From a virus, in IMG/VR virus record IMGVR_UViG_3300045115_000211, positions 49,195 through 113,194 of that record: DNA of 64,000 bases; one strand, given 5' to 3'. A model generated the notes under the pieces. The model was not told the origin of the DNA, made no database searches, and worked only from the letters and a program-made list of their open reading frames with translations. The position numbers and the translations under genes are program-made. This document shows, one piece after another, positions 28,837 to 38,895 of this stretch; within the stretch, counting starts at the first letter, position 1; the number at the start of each line of letters is the position of its first letter.

Positions 28837-31234
28837 GCGCGACAAGACCCGATACGTCGGGATGGTCGAGGGCCTCGGCCTCAACCCCTATTCCCGCCCC
28901 GCGCATCTGGAAAACGGCTTGCTGGCCCCGCGGGAGCGGTGGGAGGTGATGCCGGAACACCTGGGCGCCGTCGCGGCCTTGGCCAAAGCGTTCGGAGACA
29001 AGATCGGTCTCGGAGACATATGCGAGGTGGCGGGAGGCGGGCACGACACGGGAAAGTTTGACCTCCAGATGCTTGGCAGGTTCCTTGGCCGCGTCGAGTC
29101 GTTCGACCATCCCGCCCTCGGCGCCGCCCTGTTGGACGCCGCCACGGAAGGCATACTGACGCAGCCGATCCTAGGGCACCACCGCTACATCCCCGACGAG
29201 ACGGAGGAGGACGCCTCGGAATGCGTGTCTGCAAGGCTGGAGAAGGCAGCCACCCATCGGCATTCCATCGAACTGATACCCTTTCTGGATCGCGCCGCCG
29301 AGGCAGCCAGGACGGCGAAGTCCGTCCTGAAGGCGGCGTTGCGGTCGGAATTCCCGAACGCCGCCGACCAGGAGCGCTTCTTCCCGATGTTCTTCTTCGC
29401 GATGCAGAAGTTCATCAACTCGGCCCTCGTCGATGCGGACTGCCTGTCAGCCGAGAGGTTCCACAAGGGTCACGGACGCCGGAACAGGTTCCCCCCGATG
29501 TCCGTCCTCCTGGATCGACTCGTGAGGTTCCAGGCCCGGGTTGCCGCCGCAGGAGCGGCGACGGCGGAGCCTTGGCTTGTTGAAATGCGCAACGACGTGT
29601 GGGCGTCCGCGATCTCCGCCGCCCGGCTGGAAGCCTCGTTGTACTTCCTGACCGCCCCGACGGGAAGCGCCAAGACGCTGGCCTACGTCGTGCTTGCGAT
29701 GATGAAGGCCGTCAGCTTGGGCCTCGACAGGGTGATCATCGTGCTGCCCTATTGCGCGGTCACGTCCCAGGTCAGCGACGTCCTTCGGGCCGCCATCGGC
29801 AGGGGCAATGTGATAGAGCACCACACGGGCTACGACCCCAAGGAACGAGTCAAGTCTTTCCGCTCGTACCGCCAGATACTGGCGAACACCCCAAGGAACA
29901 CATCGGCGTTGCACAAGGAGTCCTCCAGCCTGCAGGAGGAGATGAGGCAGACTTTCGAGAACTGGGACGCCCCCGTGATCGTCACCACGCGCGAGCAGTT
30001 CGACGAGTCCTTCTTCTGCCGGCTCCCAGGGCGCAGCCGCAAGGTCCACAACATGGCCAGGAGCGCCATCGTGTTCGACGAGATCCAGGCCGGCAACAGG
30101 GACCTGACCATACCGTTCGTCGGGATGCTGCACGTCCTGCGGTCGCTGTACCGCTCGGTCGTCATCTGCTCCACGGCCACCCAGCCGTCCTATCACAAGT
30201 CTGACGACAGGCAGTGGGGACTGGAAGGAGGGGTCGATGTCGTCGCCAGGCATCGCGAGTATTTCGCCATCGCTTCTCGACGCACCAGCATGACCAGGAT
30301 AGGCAGGAAGTCATCCCGAGAAGTGGCCGAGATGGTCGCCGAGCACCGCCAGGTCATGTGCGTCCTGAACACGCGCCTCAACGCCGTTCTCGTCTCGACA
30401 CAACTGGAGAGGATGGGGGTTCCACACATCCTGCTGTACTCCTTGCGCTGCAAGCGCGAGCGCAACCGGGTGGTTCGCCTGGTGGCGAGGTGCCTGGCAG
30501 CAGGCATCCCCATCAGGCTGGTCACCACCCAGGCGGTCGAGGCGGGGACTGACTTCGACTTCCCGGTCGGGTATTCCGAGGACGCCCCGTTGGACTCCCT
30601 CGACCAGCGCCGCGGTCGAGTCAACCGGCACGGAAGGCGTGGGACGAGCCAGTTCTACGTGTTCACCCTGTGTGACGGCAACAGCAACCCCTCGTACGTA
30701 GCGGGCTTGGCCTCCACCGAGACCGTCCTCTCATCGACGGGGGACTTCAACGTCGTCGACGTCGGGACGATGGACGCCTACTACGCCAGGATGTTGAGGA
30801 GCGAGAAGCCGCTCGACAAGCACAGGATCGTCCCCGACAGGCACATGTCGATGTCCGGGCGCGGCGGTCTTTTCAGGTCGAAGTCGAAGTATCCTCCGAC
30901 CGCCGGGGCCAATGTCTACAGGACGAGGTTCGCCTCGTACGACGAGTTCAAGTACATCGGCGGAAAGTGCAGCGTCGTGATCCCTACCAACGCCGAGTGC
31001 AGGCGGGCGATAGCCGACATGGATGCCGCCATGGCATCGGGAAAGAAGCCCGCTCGAAAGACGTTGGCCACCTTGAGCGGATACGTCGTCAGCATCTATG
31101 AGAACGAACTGGATGATCTCGCCCGTAAGACCATCTTGGAGAACCACAATGGGTTCTTCGTCCTGCGCGATGTGGCTGGCTTCTATAATGCCAAGAGGGG
31201 TCTGCTGATCGCTGGGATGGATGGAGTGGATTGA
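28829..31234 (+). CDS. cas3: Cas3 HD nuclease-helicase
   Basis: EHL, HDTGK, GHH, LVDAD; APTGSAKT, ENWDAP, DEIQ, TATQP, TQAVEAG, QRRGRVNR. Confidence 0.95.
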   Translation: MNRRDKTRYVGMVEGLGLNPYSRPAHLENGLLAPRERWEVMPEHLGAVAALAKAFGDKIGLGDICEVAGGGHDTGKFDLQMLGRFLGRVESFDHPALGAALLDAATEGILTQPILGHHRYIPDETEEDASECVSARLEKAATHRHSIELIPFLDRAAEAARTAKSVLKAALRSEFPNAADQERFFPMFFFAMQKFINSALVDADCLSAERFHKGHGRRNRFPPMSVLLDRLVRFQARVAAAGAATAEPWLVEMRNDVWASAISAARLEASLYFLTAPTGSAKTLAYVVLAMMKAVSLGLDRVIIVLPYCAVTSQVSDVLRAAIGRGNVIEHHTGYDPKERVKSFRSYRQILANTPRNTSALHKESSSLQEEMRQTFENWDAPVIVTTREQFDESFFCRLPGRSRKVHNMARSAIVFDEIQAGNRDLTIPFVGMLHVLRSLYRSVVICSTATQPSYHKSDDRQWGLEGGVDVVARHREYFAIASRRTSMTRIGRKSSREVAEMVAEHRQVMCVLNTRLNAVLVSTQLERMGVPHILLYSLRCKRERNRVVRLVARCLAAGIPIRLVTTQAVEAGTDFDFPVGYSEDAPLDSLDQRRGRVNRHGRRGTSQFYVFTLCDGNSNPSYVAGLASTETVLSSTGDFNVVDVGTMDAYYARMLRSEKPLDKHRIVPDRHMSMSGRGGLFRSKSKYPPTAGANVYRTRFASYDEFKYIGGKCSVVIPTNAECRRAIADMDAAMASGKKPARKTLATLSGYVVSIYENELDDLARKTILENHNGFFVLRDVAGFYNAKRGLLIAGMDGVD

Positions 31235-31271
31235 AATTGGACGAGCCGTCTGCCGGATGAGGACAGAGCAA

Positions 31272-32678
31272 GTCGCTCGCCACGGGCGAGCGTGGATTGA
31301 AACGACTCCACCCGTCGGGATCAATGGCGGACAGAGGTCGCTCGCCACAAGCGAGCGTGGATTGAAACCCCGACTCGTTCCTGCTGCCCGAGTTCGACGA
31401 GTCGCTCGTCACAGGCGAGCGTGGATTGAAACTGTTCGGGCTTTTGCGACCAAGCCTGATAGCGCTTGTCGCTCGCCACAGGCGAGCGTGGATTGAAACA
31501 GGTTGTTGCCGAGCGCCGCGAGCCGCAACACGAGTCGCTCGCCACAAGCGAGCGTGGATTGAAACGACTCTCGCCGCCGGCATCAATGAAGGTCATGGTC
31601 GCTCGCCACAGGCGAGCGTGGATTGAAATGCGCGCTCGCCGTACGCCTGCCCAAGCTCAGGGGCGTCGCTCGCCACATGCGAGCGTGGATTGAAATGGGT
31701 CTTCGGGCAGGCACAGACCCTGTAGGTATGTCGCTCGCCACAGGCGAGCGTGGATTGAAATAGCGCCTGCTTGGCGGCGATGTAGGCGTCCAGTTGTCGC
31801 TCGCCACAGGCGAGCGTGGATTGAAATGAGAGCGAACGCCGCGGACATCGCGGCACGACGGGTCGCTCGCCACAGGCGAGCGTGGATTGAAATATCTGGG
31901 TTCGGTCCCTGTCGCCGATGACGCGACGTCGCTCGCCACAGGCGAGCGTGGATTGAAACCTCCCGTACCCGCCGGGCATGCTCAGGTGCTACGGTCGCTC
32001 GCCACAGGCGAGCGTGGATTGAAACGACCGTGAGGGCCTGCCCCAATGTATGTGGCGGTCGCTCGCCACAGGCGAGCGTGGATTGAAACGCGTACGTGCA
32101 ACTCGTACGAAAGCTGGCCAACGGTCGCTCGCCACAGGCGAGCGTGGATTGAAACCTTCACTTGCCCCCGTCTCGCCGCTCGGCGTGTCGCTCGCCACAG
32201 GCGAGCGTGGATTGAAACGCCCTGCATGCCGTCAGGGCCGAGGCGGTGAAGATCGCTCGCCACAGGCGGGCGTGGATTGAAACGTGACGAACGGGGAGAC
32301 AACGGTCGACCCTCTGCGTCGCTCGCCACAGGCGAGCGTGGATTGAAACGCCTCCAAAGCGCCGCGCCACGGCCGCCATGGAGTCGCTCGCCACAGGCGG
32401 GCGTGGATTGAAATATGATGTTCGAACTGGACTGCCCGATCCCGTCTGGTCGCTCGCTACAAGCGAGCGTGGATTGAAACATGTCGAGTCCCTCCTGATA
32501 CGCGCCCACCATGGAGTCGCTCGCCACTGGCGAGCGTGGCATTGAAACAAGGTCCGCAGGATATCGATGTGGCCCGACGAGGTCGCTCGCCACAGGCGAG
32601 CGTGGTATTGAAACCGCAAGCCCCGCTGATCGACATCACCTGCCCGGTCGCTCGCCACAGGCGAGCGTGGATTGAAAC
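31272..32678 (+). CRISPR. type I-C CRISPR array, 22 repeats / 21 spacers (31-35 nt), plus a repeat remnant at 31226-31237
   Basis: consensus GTCGCTCGCCACAGGCGAGCGTGGATTGAAA[C/T], 32 bp, palindromic. Confidence 0.98.
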
Positions 32679-32818
32679 GAGGATTGAACACAAACAAACC
32701 CTCTTTGCCGTTGACTCCGCACCGCCCCGTGACAACCTCGTCTGGTCGCCATACAAAAGCGGTTGACTCCGCATGCCAACGATGCCATAATGCCCGCGAC
32801 AGAAGAGAGGAGAGACAC

Positions 32819-33532
32819 ATGGGCGACGAAACCAAGGCGTTGACGGGCGAGGCGGAGGTGCCGAGGAACACGGGGCCCGACGAGCACGAGTCCTACGGGC
32901 TGGCGCGCTTCTCCAGGGTCCAGGGCAGCCCCGGCAGGCTCTTCGGGTCCGCCATCGACCACCACCACTTCATCGAGCTGACCATCAGCCGCGGCGCCCG
33001 CCGCAGGGATTTCCAGCGCGACTGGTACTCCCCCAAGGACGAGATCGTCAGCGTTATCATGTCGCCCACCCAGTTCGCCGAGCTGCTCACCAACCTGAAC
33101 GTGGGCGAGGGCGTGCCCTGCACCATCCAGCACGTCAACCGGAAGACGATGGCCAAGTGCCCCGAGAAGACCTTCGCCGAGCAGACCCACGACGACCTGA
33201 AGGGCGAGTTCAAGAGGCTCGCCCAGCGGATCGCCGCCCTGTCCAGGACGGCCGACACGATGCTGTCCGGCCCTGGCGCCCTCAAGGCGTCCGACAAGGC
33301 CAGGGTCAAGGCGGAGATCGCCGCCATCCTCCAGGAGGTCGGCAGCAACATCCCCTTCATCCACGAGTGCTTCCAGGAGGCCTGCGACAAGACCGTCGCC
33401 GACGCCAAGGCGTCCGTCGACGCCGCCGTCCTCCACGCCCAGGTCACCCTCGGCAAGGAGGCATGCGCAAGGCTCGGCCTAGGGGGCGAGTCCGCCAGGG
33501 CCGCCATCGAGGCTCCCAAGCCGAACGTATGA
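32819..33532 (+). CDS. conserved phage hypothetical protein
   Basis: LFGS, MSPTQFAE, GEGVPCTI; promoter 32763; AGGAG RBS. Confidence 0.75.
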   Translation: MGDETKALTGEAEVPRNTGPDEHESYGLARFSRVQGSPGRLFGSAIDHHHFIELTISRGARRRDFQRDWYSPKDEIVSVIMSPTQFAELLTNLNVGEGVPCTIQHVNRKTMAKCPEKTFAEQTHDDLKGEFKRLAQRIAALSRTADTMLSGPGALKASDKARVKAEIAAILQEVGSNIPFIHECFQEACDKTVADAKASVDAAVLHAQVTLGKEACARLGLGGESARAAIEAPKPNV

Positions 33533-33560
33533 CGGGGACCAGAGGAAAGCGGGAGGAGCC

Positions 33561-34058
33561 ATGGACATCAAGGTGCGAAGGATCGATCCGACCGAGAGCG
33601 GGAAGTTCGACGACCCCACGACCCCCTATGGGGCTCTCGCCTCGGAGGGGCTGCTCCTGTACGCGTTCGTCGAGCGCGTCCCGCCGGACAGGTGCATGGA
33701 CGGCATCGGGGCCCTCGTCCTGCCAAGGCCAATGGCCGTCAGGATCGGCGACGACCTGATCCTCGACCAGCATGGCCCCATGCGGGTCACCAATGTCCGT
33801 GGCCCCTACGGGCCCGGGCACATGCCCGAAGTCCACCTCAAGTGCCGATGCGACAGGCACAGGGCCCCGCCAGCCGCCGACAAGAACGATGCGCTCGTCG
33901 CCCCCATCAACGAGCTGATCGCCGCCGCCGAGCACCACCTGGTCGTCTTGATGGGGGTCACGGAAGGCGTCCTTTCCTCGGACGCAACCGACGAGTCTTC
34001 CGGAAGGCTTTCCAGGGCGATCGCCAACGCCCGCAAGGCGAGGGAGTCCGCCGCATAA
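33561..34058 (+). CDS. hypothetical protein
   Basis: GGAGG RBS; coding bias. Confidence 0.6.
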   Translation: MDIKVRRIDPTESGKFDDPTTPYGALASEGLLLYAFVERVPPDRCMDGIGALVLPRPMAVRIGDDLILDQHGPMRVTNVRGPYGPGHMPEVHLKCRCDRHRAPPAADKNDALVAPINELIAAAEHHLVVLMGVTEGVLSSDATDESSGRLSRAIANARKARESAA

Positions 34059-34428
34059 GCCCGTCGACCCGCATGGACGACGCCGACACCTGGGACATCG
34101 TCGGCGGCAGGAGGAGGAAGACCGTGACGAAGTGCCGCCATGCCAATGCCGTCAGCCGCCGCACGCCCATCGGCCGCATCTGGTCGTGCCCCTGCGGGGC
34201 CTACCGCTGGAACGCCAGCAAACGCTGGTTCTCCGGCGGCCCGTGCCATCGACAGGTCAGCCACCAGTCGAGCCTCCACAAGGAACCCCACCACCACACG
34301 CCCGAGCCCCGCGCGATCCTCAACCCCGCAGGATGGCTCGTCAAGTCCAGGCTGCACCTCAACGGGCAGGGATGGCTCGTGCCCTGAATGCCGTTGACTC
34401 CCGCGGCCAGACGGCCCATAATGGGGGC

Positions 34429-34773
34429 ATGAACAGGCAGGAGAAGACCCACAGGCTCGCGCGCAGCCGCACCGCCATCATCGACGACGCGTGCGCCGGC
34501 AGGCCCATGCGCCTGTCCATCGCCGGCAGGAACCTCAAGACGCGTCCCGGACAATGCTGGGTGACGACCGTCTTCAAGCACGCCGACCGCGCCACCTTCG
34601 AGTCCAAGGCCGGACCCCTGCTCGACAAGGTCGCCCGCCCCATGGACGGACACGGCTTCCACATCGACAACCAGACCGAGGCCCCCGTCGCCATCGCAGG
34701 GTTCCCCGTCGTCCCCCCGAGGTCGAGCGTGAGCGTGGGGCTCAAGGACGGCAAGTGGGAGGCGAACCCGTGA
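34429..34773 (+). CDS. hypothetical protein (leaderless start)
   Basis: ATG 6 nt after CATAAT; GTGA overlap at end. Confidence 0.6.
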   Translation: MNRQEKTHRLARSRTAIIDDACAGRPMRLSIAGRNLKTRPGQCWVTTVFKHADRATFESKAGPLLDKVARPMDGHGFHIDNQTEAPVAIAGFPVVPPRSSVSVGLKDGKWEANP

Positions 34774-35123
34774 CCGTCTACCACGGGACAGGCGCGTGCT
34801 CCGTCCAGGCCATCCTCGACGGCAAGGCCTTCCTGTCCCCCCGCCACTACCTCAGGCGCAGGTCGTTCAGCACGACCACGTCCTTCGACGTCGCATCCAT
34901 CTTCGCCGTCCGCAAGACCCCCGCCGTGGACTTCCGCAGGGGGGAGATCACGGGGGCCGTCATCGAGTTCGAGCTGTCGGGGGCGGAAGGCAAGGACTTC
35001 GCCCCAGCCCGCGACCCGTCCTGCATGCAGGAGGAGCAGGAGATCGCGGTCTTCAACATCAAGGCACTCAAGCCCGTGGCGACATATCGCCACGTCCGGG
35101 GGCGCTGGACAAGGACGTTGTAA
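34770..35123 (+). CDS. putative ADP-ribosyltransferase-fold protein
   Basis: YHGT, FSTTTS..VA..FA, G.VIEF, EQE. Confidence 0.6.
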   Translation: MTVYHGTGACSVQAILDGKAFLSPRHYLRRRSFSTTTSFDVASIFAVRKTPAVDFRRGEITGAVIEFELSGAEGKDFAPARDPSCMQEEQEIAVFNIKALKPVATYRHVRGRWTRTL

Positions 35124-35133
35124 GGAGGACCAC

Positions 35134-35880
35134 GTGGGACGCGCAGCATGGGGCCGAGGATCGGGACCATCTGGTCCTGACGCGAACATCAGGAAGCACG
35201 CCGCCATCCGCATCGGCGAGCGCACGTCGCTCACCGCCGGGGAGGTCAGGAGGATGCTCTCCGAGGGCCGGTACTACCCCATCGGGGCCGACGGCCAGAA
35301 GGAGCACGTCCACAAGGCCATCTACAGCCCCAAGGACGACAGGCTGTTCGTCGTCGTCCAGGACTCCGACAACCACGACGTCATCACCCTCCTGCCCCTC
35401 GAATACCACAACGCGTGGAGGATCGACCACGAGGCCATCGAGGTCCTCGCCCGCGAGGCCCTCGGCGCCCCGCCCCTGATGCCCCAGGGGATCCCGGAGC
35501 CGCCAGCCAGGCTCCCCGTCTACGTCAACCTCATCGGCGCGGCGGGAGTGGGGGAGGACGGCAGGAAGACCGCCCCGCCCACGACGTGCGTCATGGCTGG
35601 CCACGTCTACGGGCACAGCCTCCGCATCATCGGCATCGACCCCGGCGAGCCTCCCGACCACGCGACCCTGTCGGCGTCCCTTGCCTCCGCGACCGCGGAG
35701 GCGCTGGCGGCCCTCGACGACGCCATAGACGAGGTGATCGGAAGCGACGAGGAACTGGCGGCGTCCGTCGCGGCGGCGACGGCCGTGCGGGTCGCCATGG
35801 ACTGCGGCGCCAGGCATGTGTCCCACCGCAGGTACGCCGGCGCCCATTCCGACGCCAGGAGGAAGGCGACCGCCGCATGA
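35134..35880 (+). CDS. hypothetical protein, N-terminus weakly RelE/DUF4258-like
   Basis: HAAIRIGER...FVVVQD...VITLLP; AAGGAGG RBS. Confidence 0.5.
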   Translation: MGRAAWGRGSGPSGPDANIRKHAAIRIGERTSLTAGEVRRMLSEGRYYPIGADGQKEHVHKAIYSPKDDRLFVVVQDSDNHDVITLLPLEYHNAWRIDHEAIEVLAREALGAPPLMPQGIPEPPARLPVYVNLIGAAGVGEDGRKTAPPTTCVMAGHVYGHSLRIIGIDPGEPPDHATLSASLASATAEALAALDDAIDEVIGSDEELAASVAAATAVRVAMDCGARHVSHRRYAGAHSDARRKATAA

Positions 35881-36362
35881 GGAGCAGGCCATGATGATCG
35901 CCAAGGCAAGAAGGGCAAGGACGGAACACCCCTGCGCCGGCTGCAGGGGGACGATCCCCTCCGGGCTGCGCCACGTCGAGGTCAAGCACCACGACGACTC
36001 CGTGCCGTTCCGCCCCACGAGGCCGTTCAAGACCGAGAGGTTCCACTCCTCATGCGTCCCCGAGGACGCCAAACCCGCGCGGGGCAGGCCGGCTGGCGCG
36101 GAGAAGCAGCGGCTCGTGGCCACCTTCAGGGAGGCGGGCGTCGACTTCGGGTCGGGATCGAAGTGCAAGGCGTCCCTCAAGGACCTCCGCACGCTCGCCC
36201 GACGGGAGGAGACCCTCGTGTCCGCCCTCAACGACCTCATCGGGGCCGCCGAGGGCCACATGCAAGCCCTGCTCCACAGCACGGTCGGAAGCGAGATCCA
36301 GGCGGCAAGGGAAAGACTGACGATCGCCATCGCCGGGGCAAGGAAGGCAAGGGAGAAGAACA

Positions 36363-37043
36363 ATGAGGCTTGAGTGGCACGACACGCCGGAGGCGATGAG
36401 GGGAATGAGACTCGACTCGCCCGAGTTCGAGGCGGCCGTCGAGGCGTGGATCTCCGACAACGCCAGGGACGGACTCGCCTGCGTCTTCCTCAACCTCCAC
36501 GGCAGGAGCCTCTTCCGCCGCGTCGCCGACAGGGAAGAGAAGCCCCCATCCTGCCCCTACTGCGGCAGGACGTCCGAGCGCACCACCGGCGACCTCATCT
36601 ACCGCGGCAGGCCCGACCTCTCCGACAAGACCTTCTTCCGCTGCGCCCCCTGCGACGCCTACGTCGGCTGCGACGCCCGCGGCAGGCCGCTCGGCACGCT
36701 CGCCGACCGCGACCTCCGCAGGGCCAGGGCCGACGCCCACCAGACCTTCGACCCCCTCTGGAGAAGCGAGGGCATGTCCCGCTCCGACGCCTACGCCTGG
36801 CTCGCCAGCGAGCTCGGCGTCGCCAAGGACGAGTGCCACATCGGGATGTTCGACGAGGACAGGTGCCAAAGGACGGTCATCGCATGCCTCGCGCGGAAGA
36901 GGAAGGGGACGGATCGCAAGGCCCCAAGGCGAGCGACGGGATGGACGAGAGGGACGAGAGCGGCCTGCCCTTCTGACGGCGTTGACTCCTCCGTCGGAAT
37001 CCGGCATAGTCCTCTCATGACATCCAAGGGGAGGGACGAATGA
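36363..37043 (+). CDS. DUF3268-like zinc-finger protein (3' end possibly frameshifted, true stop 36976)
   Basis: CPYCG, C.PCDAYVGC, PLGTLAD, AH..FDPLW, CHIGMFD. Confidence 0.8.
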   Translation: MRLEWHDTPEAMRGMRLDSPEFEAAVEAWISDNARDGLACVFLNLHGRSLFRRVADREEKPPSCPYCGRTSERTTGDLIYRGRPDLSDKTFFRCAPCDAYVGCDARGRPLGTLADRDLRRARADAHQTFDPLWRSEGMSRSDAYAWLASELGVAKDECHIGMFDEDRCQRTVIACLARKRKGTDRKAPRRATGWTRGTRAACPSDGVDSSVGIRHSPLMTSKGRDE

Positions 37044-38032
37044 CGTCGGCGAACGTGACACACTACGCAGTCAGGGACAGGGACGGCAAGGTCGTCTTCG
37101 AGGGCAGCCAGCACGCCTGCTGCAAGGACACGATCAGGGGAAGGCTCGCCGCCCTGCCCGACAAGGACAGCCTCACCCTGCACGCCACCTGGCTCGACGA
37201 GAACGAGGTCGACCAGGAAGCCATCCCCATCCCGCTCGAAGACTACCTCGCCGGGAAGCGCCTCGTGTTCCCATCGACGATGGGATGGGAGCTCCACGAG
37301 GAGAACCTGCTGCTCAAGCAGGCCCTCGCCAAGGCCCACTCCGCCATCTCCGTCCTGCGACGCGACAGGGCATGCGACCGGCCACAGCCCTCCGAGCCGG
37401 AATGCGGATGCCTGTCGGAGTCCTGCCTGCACTGCAGGTCGCTCGACGTCCTGCGCGAGATCGAGGTGGCGATCGGGGGAGCCGAGCCCCGCGACACGGC
37501 CCGCCTCATGGCCGAGACCATCGACGCCGACCTCGCCAGGCCCGGCGACCCGCCACCGGGGACCCTCGAAGACCTCCTCAAGCGCCGCCTGAACGAGCCG
37601 TCCCCGACCGGAGGAGGCACGGTCTTCGACGTCGCCGCAGCCGTCGTCGAGAAGACCATCCTCGACGCCAAATGCCACGCGGGCGACGTCCCGTCCGTCG
37701 CCAGGAAGATCGCCAAGGACGTCCTTGAGGCCGCCAACCTCGGCAAGCTGGACGGGATCGGAGAGCCGGACTTCATGCCCGGCAAGGATGCGGAACGCCT
37801 GCTCGCGGGGGACCTCCTGCGCCTCACCGACGGGACATGGGCCGAGGTCGTCGGAGGCCCCTCCGCCCTATGCTCGCAACGCGAAGGAACGCTCATCGTC
37901 CTCCAGGTCGCCACGGACGGCGGCGAGACAAGGATCGTAACCAACCGCGAGATCGAGCGCCTGCTCCATGACCAAGAGGCGGAGTTCTGGATCAAGAGCA
38001 AGGAAGCCAAGCGCAGGACGGAGGACGCATGA
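37040..38032 (+). CDS. hypothetical protein
   Basis: GGAGG RBS, promoter 36982. Confidence 0.65.
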   Translation: MTSANVTHYAVRDRDGKVVFEGSQHACCKDTIRGRLAALPDKDSLTLHATWLDENEVDQEAIPIPLEDYLAGKRLVFPSTMGWELHEENLLLKQALAKAHSAISVLRRDRACDRPQPSEPECGCLSESCLHCRSLDVLREIEVAIGGAEPRDTARLMAETIDADLARPGDPPPGTLEDLLKRRLNEPSPTGGGTVFDVAAAVVEKTILDAKCHAGDVPSVARKIAKDVLEAANLGKLDGIGEPDFMPGKDAERLLAGDLLRLTDGTWAEVVGGPSALCSQREGTLIVLQVATDGGETRIVTNREIERLLHDQEAEFWIKSKEAKRRTEDA

Positions 38033-38364
38033 TCAGGTCGACAGGACTGGAATGGAAGCGCTTCTACGGCGACCCCTCCGTCTGGAAGGACGGCGCCTAC
38101 CACGACGACTCCAAGATCCTCGTCGACGGCGTGGACGCCGAAGAGAACCAGATCGACCTGTCGCTCATCGACGACGCCGCCAAGGTCGAGCTGCACTCCG
38201 GGGCGTTCTTCCCGGACGGCTCCGGCGACCCCGAGGAGCTCAACGACGTGTTCAGGAAGTGGCGCAAGGCCCAGACCATGTCCTCCTTCGTCGTCGAGGT
38301 GCCCAACGACCGCGTCGAGGAGGCCAAGGCCGCCATCCGGGGTCTCGGAGGGAGGACGACGTGA
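38029..38364 (+). CDS. hypothetical protein
   Basis: GGAGG RBS, overlaps at both ends. Confidence 0.65.
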   Translation: MIRSTGLEWKRFYGDPSVWKDGAYHDDSKILVDGVDAEENQIDLSLIDDAAKVELHSGAFFPDGSGDPEELNDVFRKWRKAQTMSSFVVEVPNDRVEEAKAAIRGLGGRTT

Positions 38365-38627
38365 CCAGGCCCCTGCCATGCCCCTGCTGCGAAGCCGCCC
38401 CCAAGGTCGGGCCATCCGGCAACGCCGAGGAGGGCGTGTCCTGCCCCTGCGGCCTCAACGTCAGGGAAAGGTGGGACTTCTCCCTGTCGAGGAGCCTGCC
38501 GAAGGACACGGCCATCGAAGCGAGGTACGACGCCATGCGCAACGACGCCCGGAGGAGGGCGATCGCCAAGTGGAACCGACGCCCGACAGGGGGGAAGGAC
38601 GCCGCCAGGCGGGGAAGGAAGACATGA
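38361..38627 (+). CDS. Lar-family restriction-alleviation-like protein
   Basis: PLPCPCC, CPCG, AIAKWNRR. Confidence 0.65.
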   Translation: MTRPLPCPCCEAAPKVGPSGNAEEGVSCPCGLNVRERWDFSLSRSLPKDTAIEARYDAMRNDARRRAIAKWNRRPTGGKDAARRGRKT

Positions 38628-38895
38628 GCACCAGCCTCAAGGACCTGATCGAGGCCCTGCACGCCGCGGACTGCACCTTCGAGGAGGAGGACGCCAGCGA
38701 AGGCTCCAGCCTCGCGGCCCTCGGGTTCGACACCCATAGCCTCGCCCAGGCCCAGGCCCTCCAAGACTGCGAGGCCGTCTGCCGCCCCTCCGGCGAGGCC
38801 GAGCGCGACCAGCTCGAAGCCCTCCGCTGCTGCCGCACCCTCGGCGACCTGCTCGCATGGTGCAACGGAGACGACCGCAAGGGAAGGGGAGAGCC

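Noticed and set aside
31304-32646. Self-targeting by main-array spacers
   Set aside because: No match noticed by eye, but not excluded; needs a two-strand alignment
32711-32739. Extra TTGACTCC promoter copy after the array
   Set aside because: No good -10 at 17 bp; probably a decayed duplicate of the 32763 promoter
31089-32871. ORFs across the CRISPR array
   Set aside because: Translations of repeats and spacers
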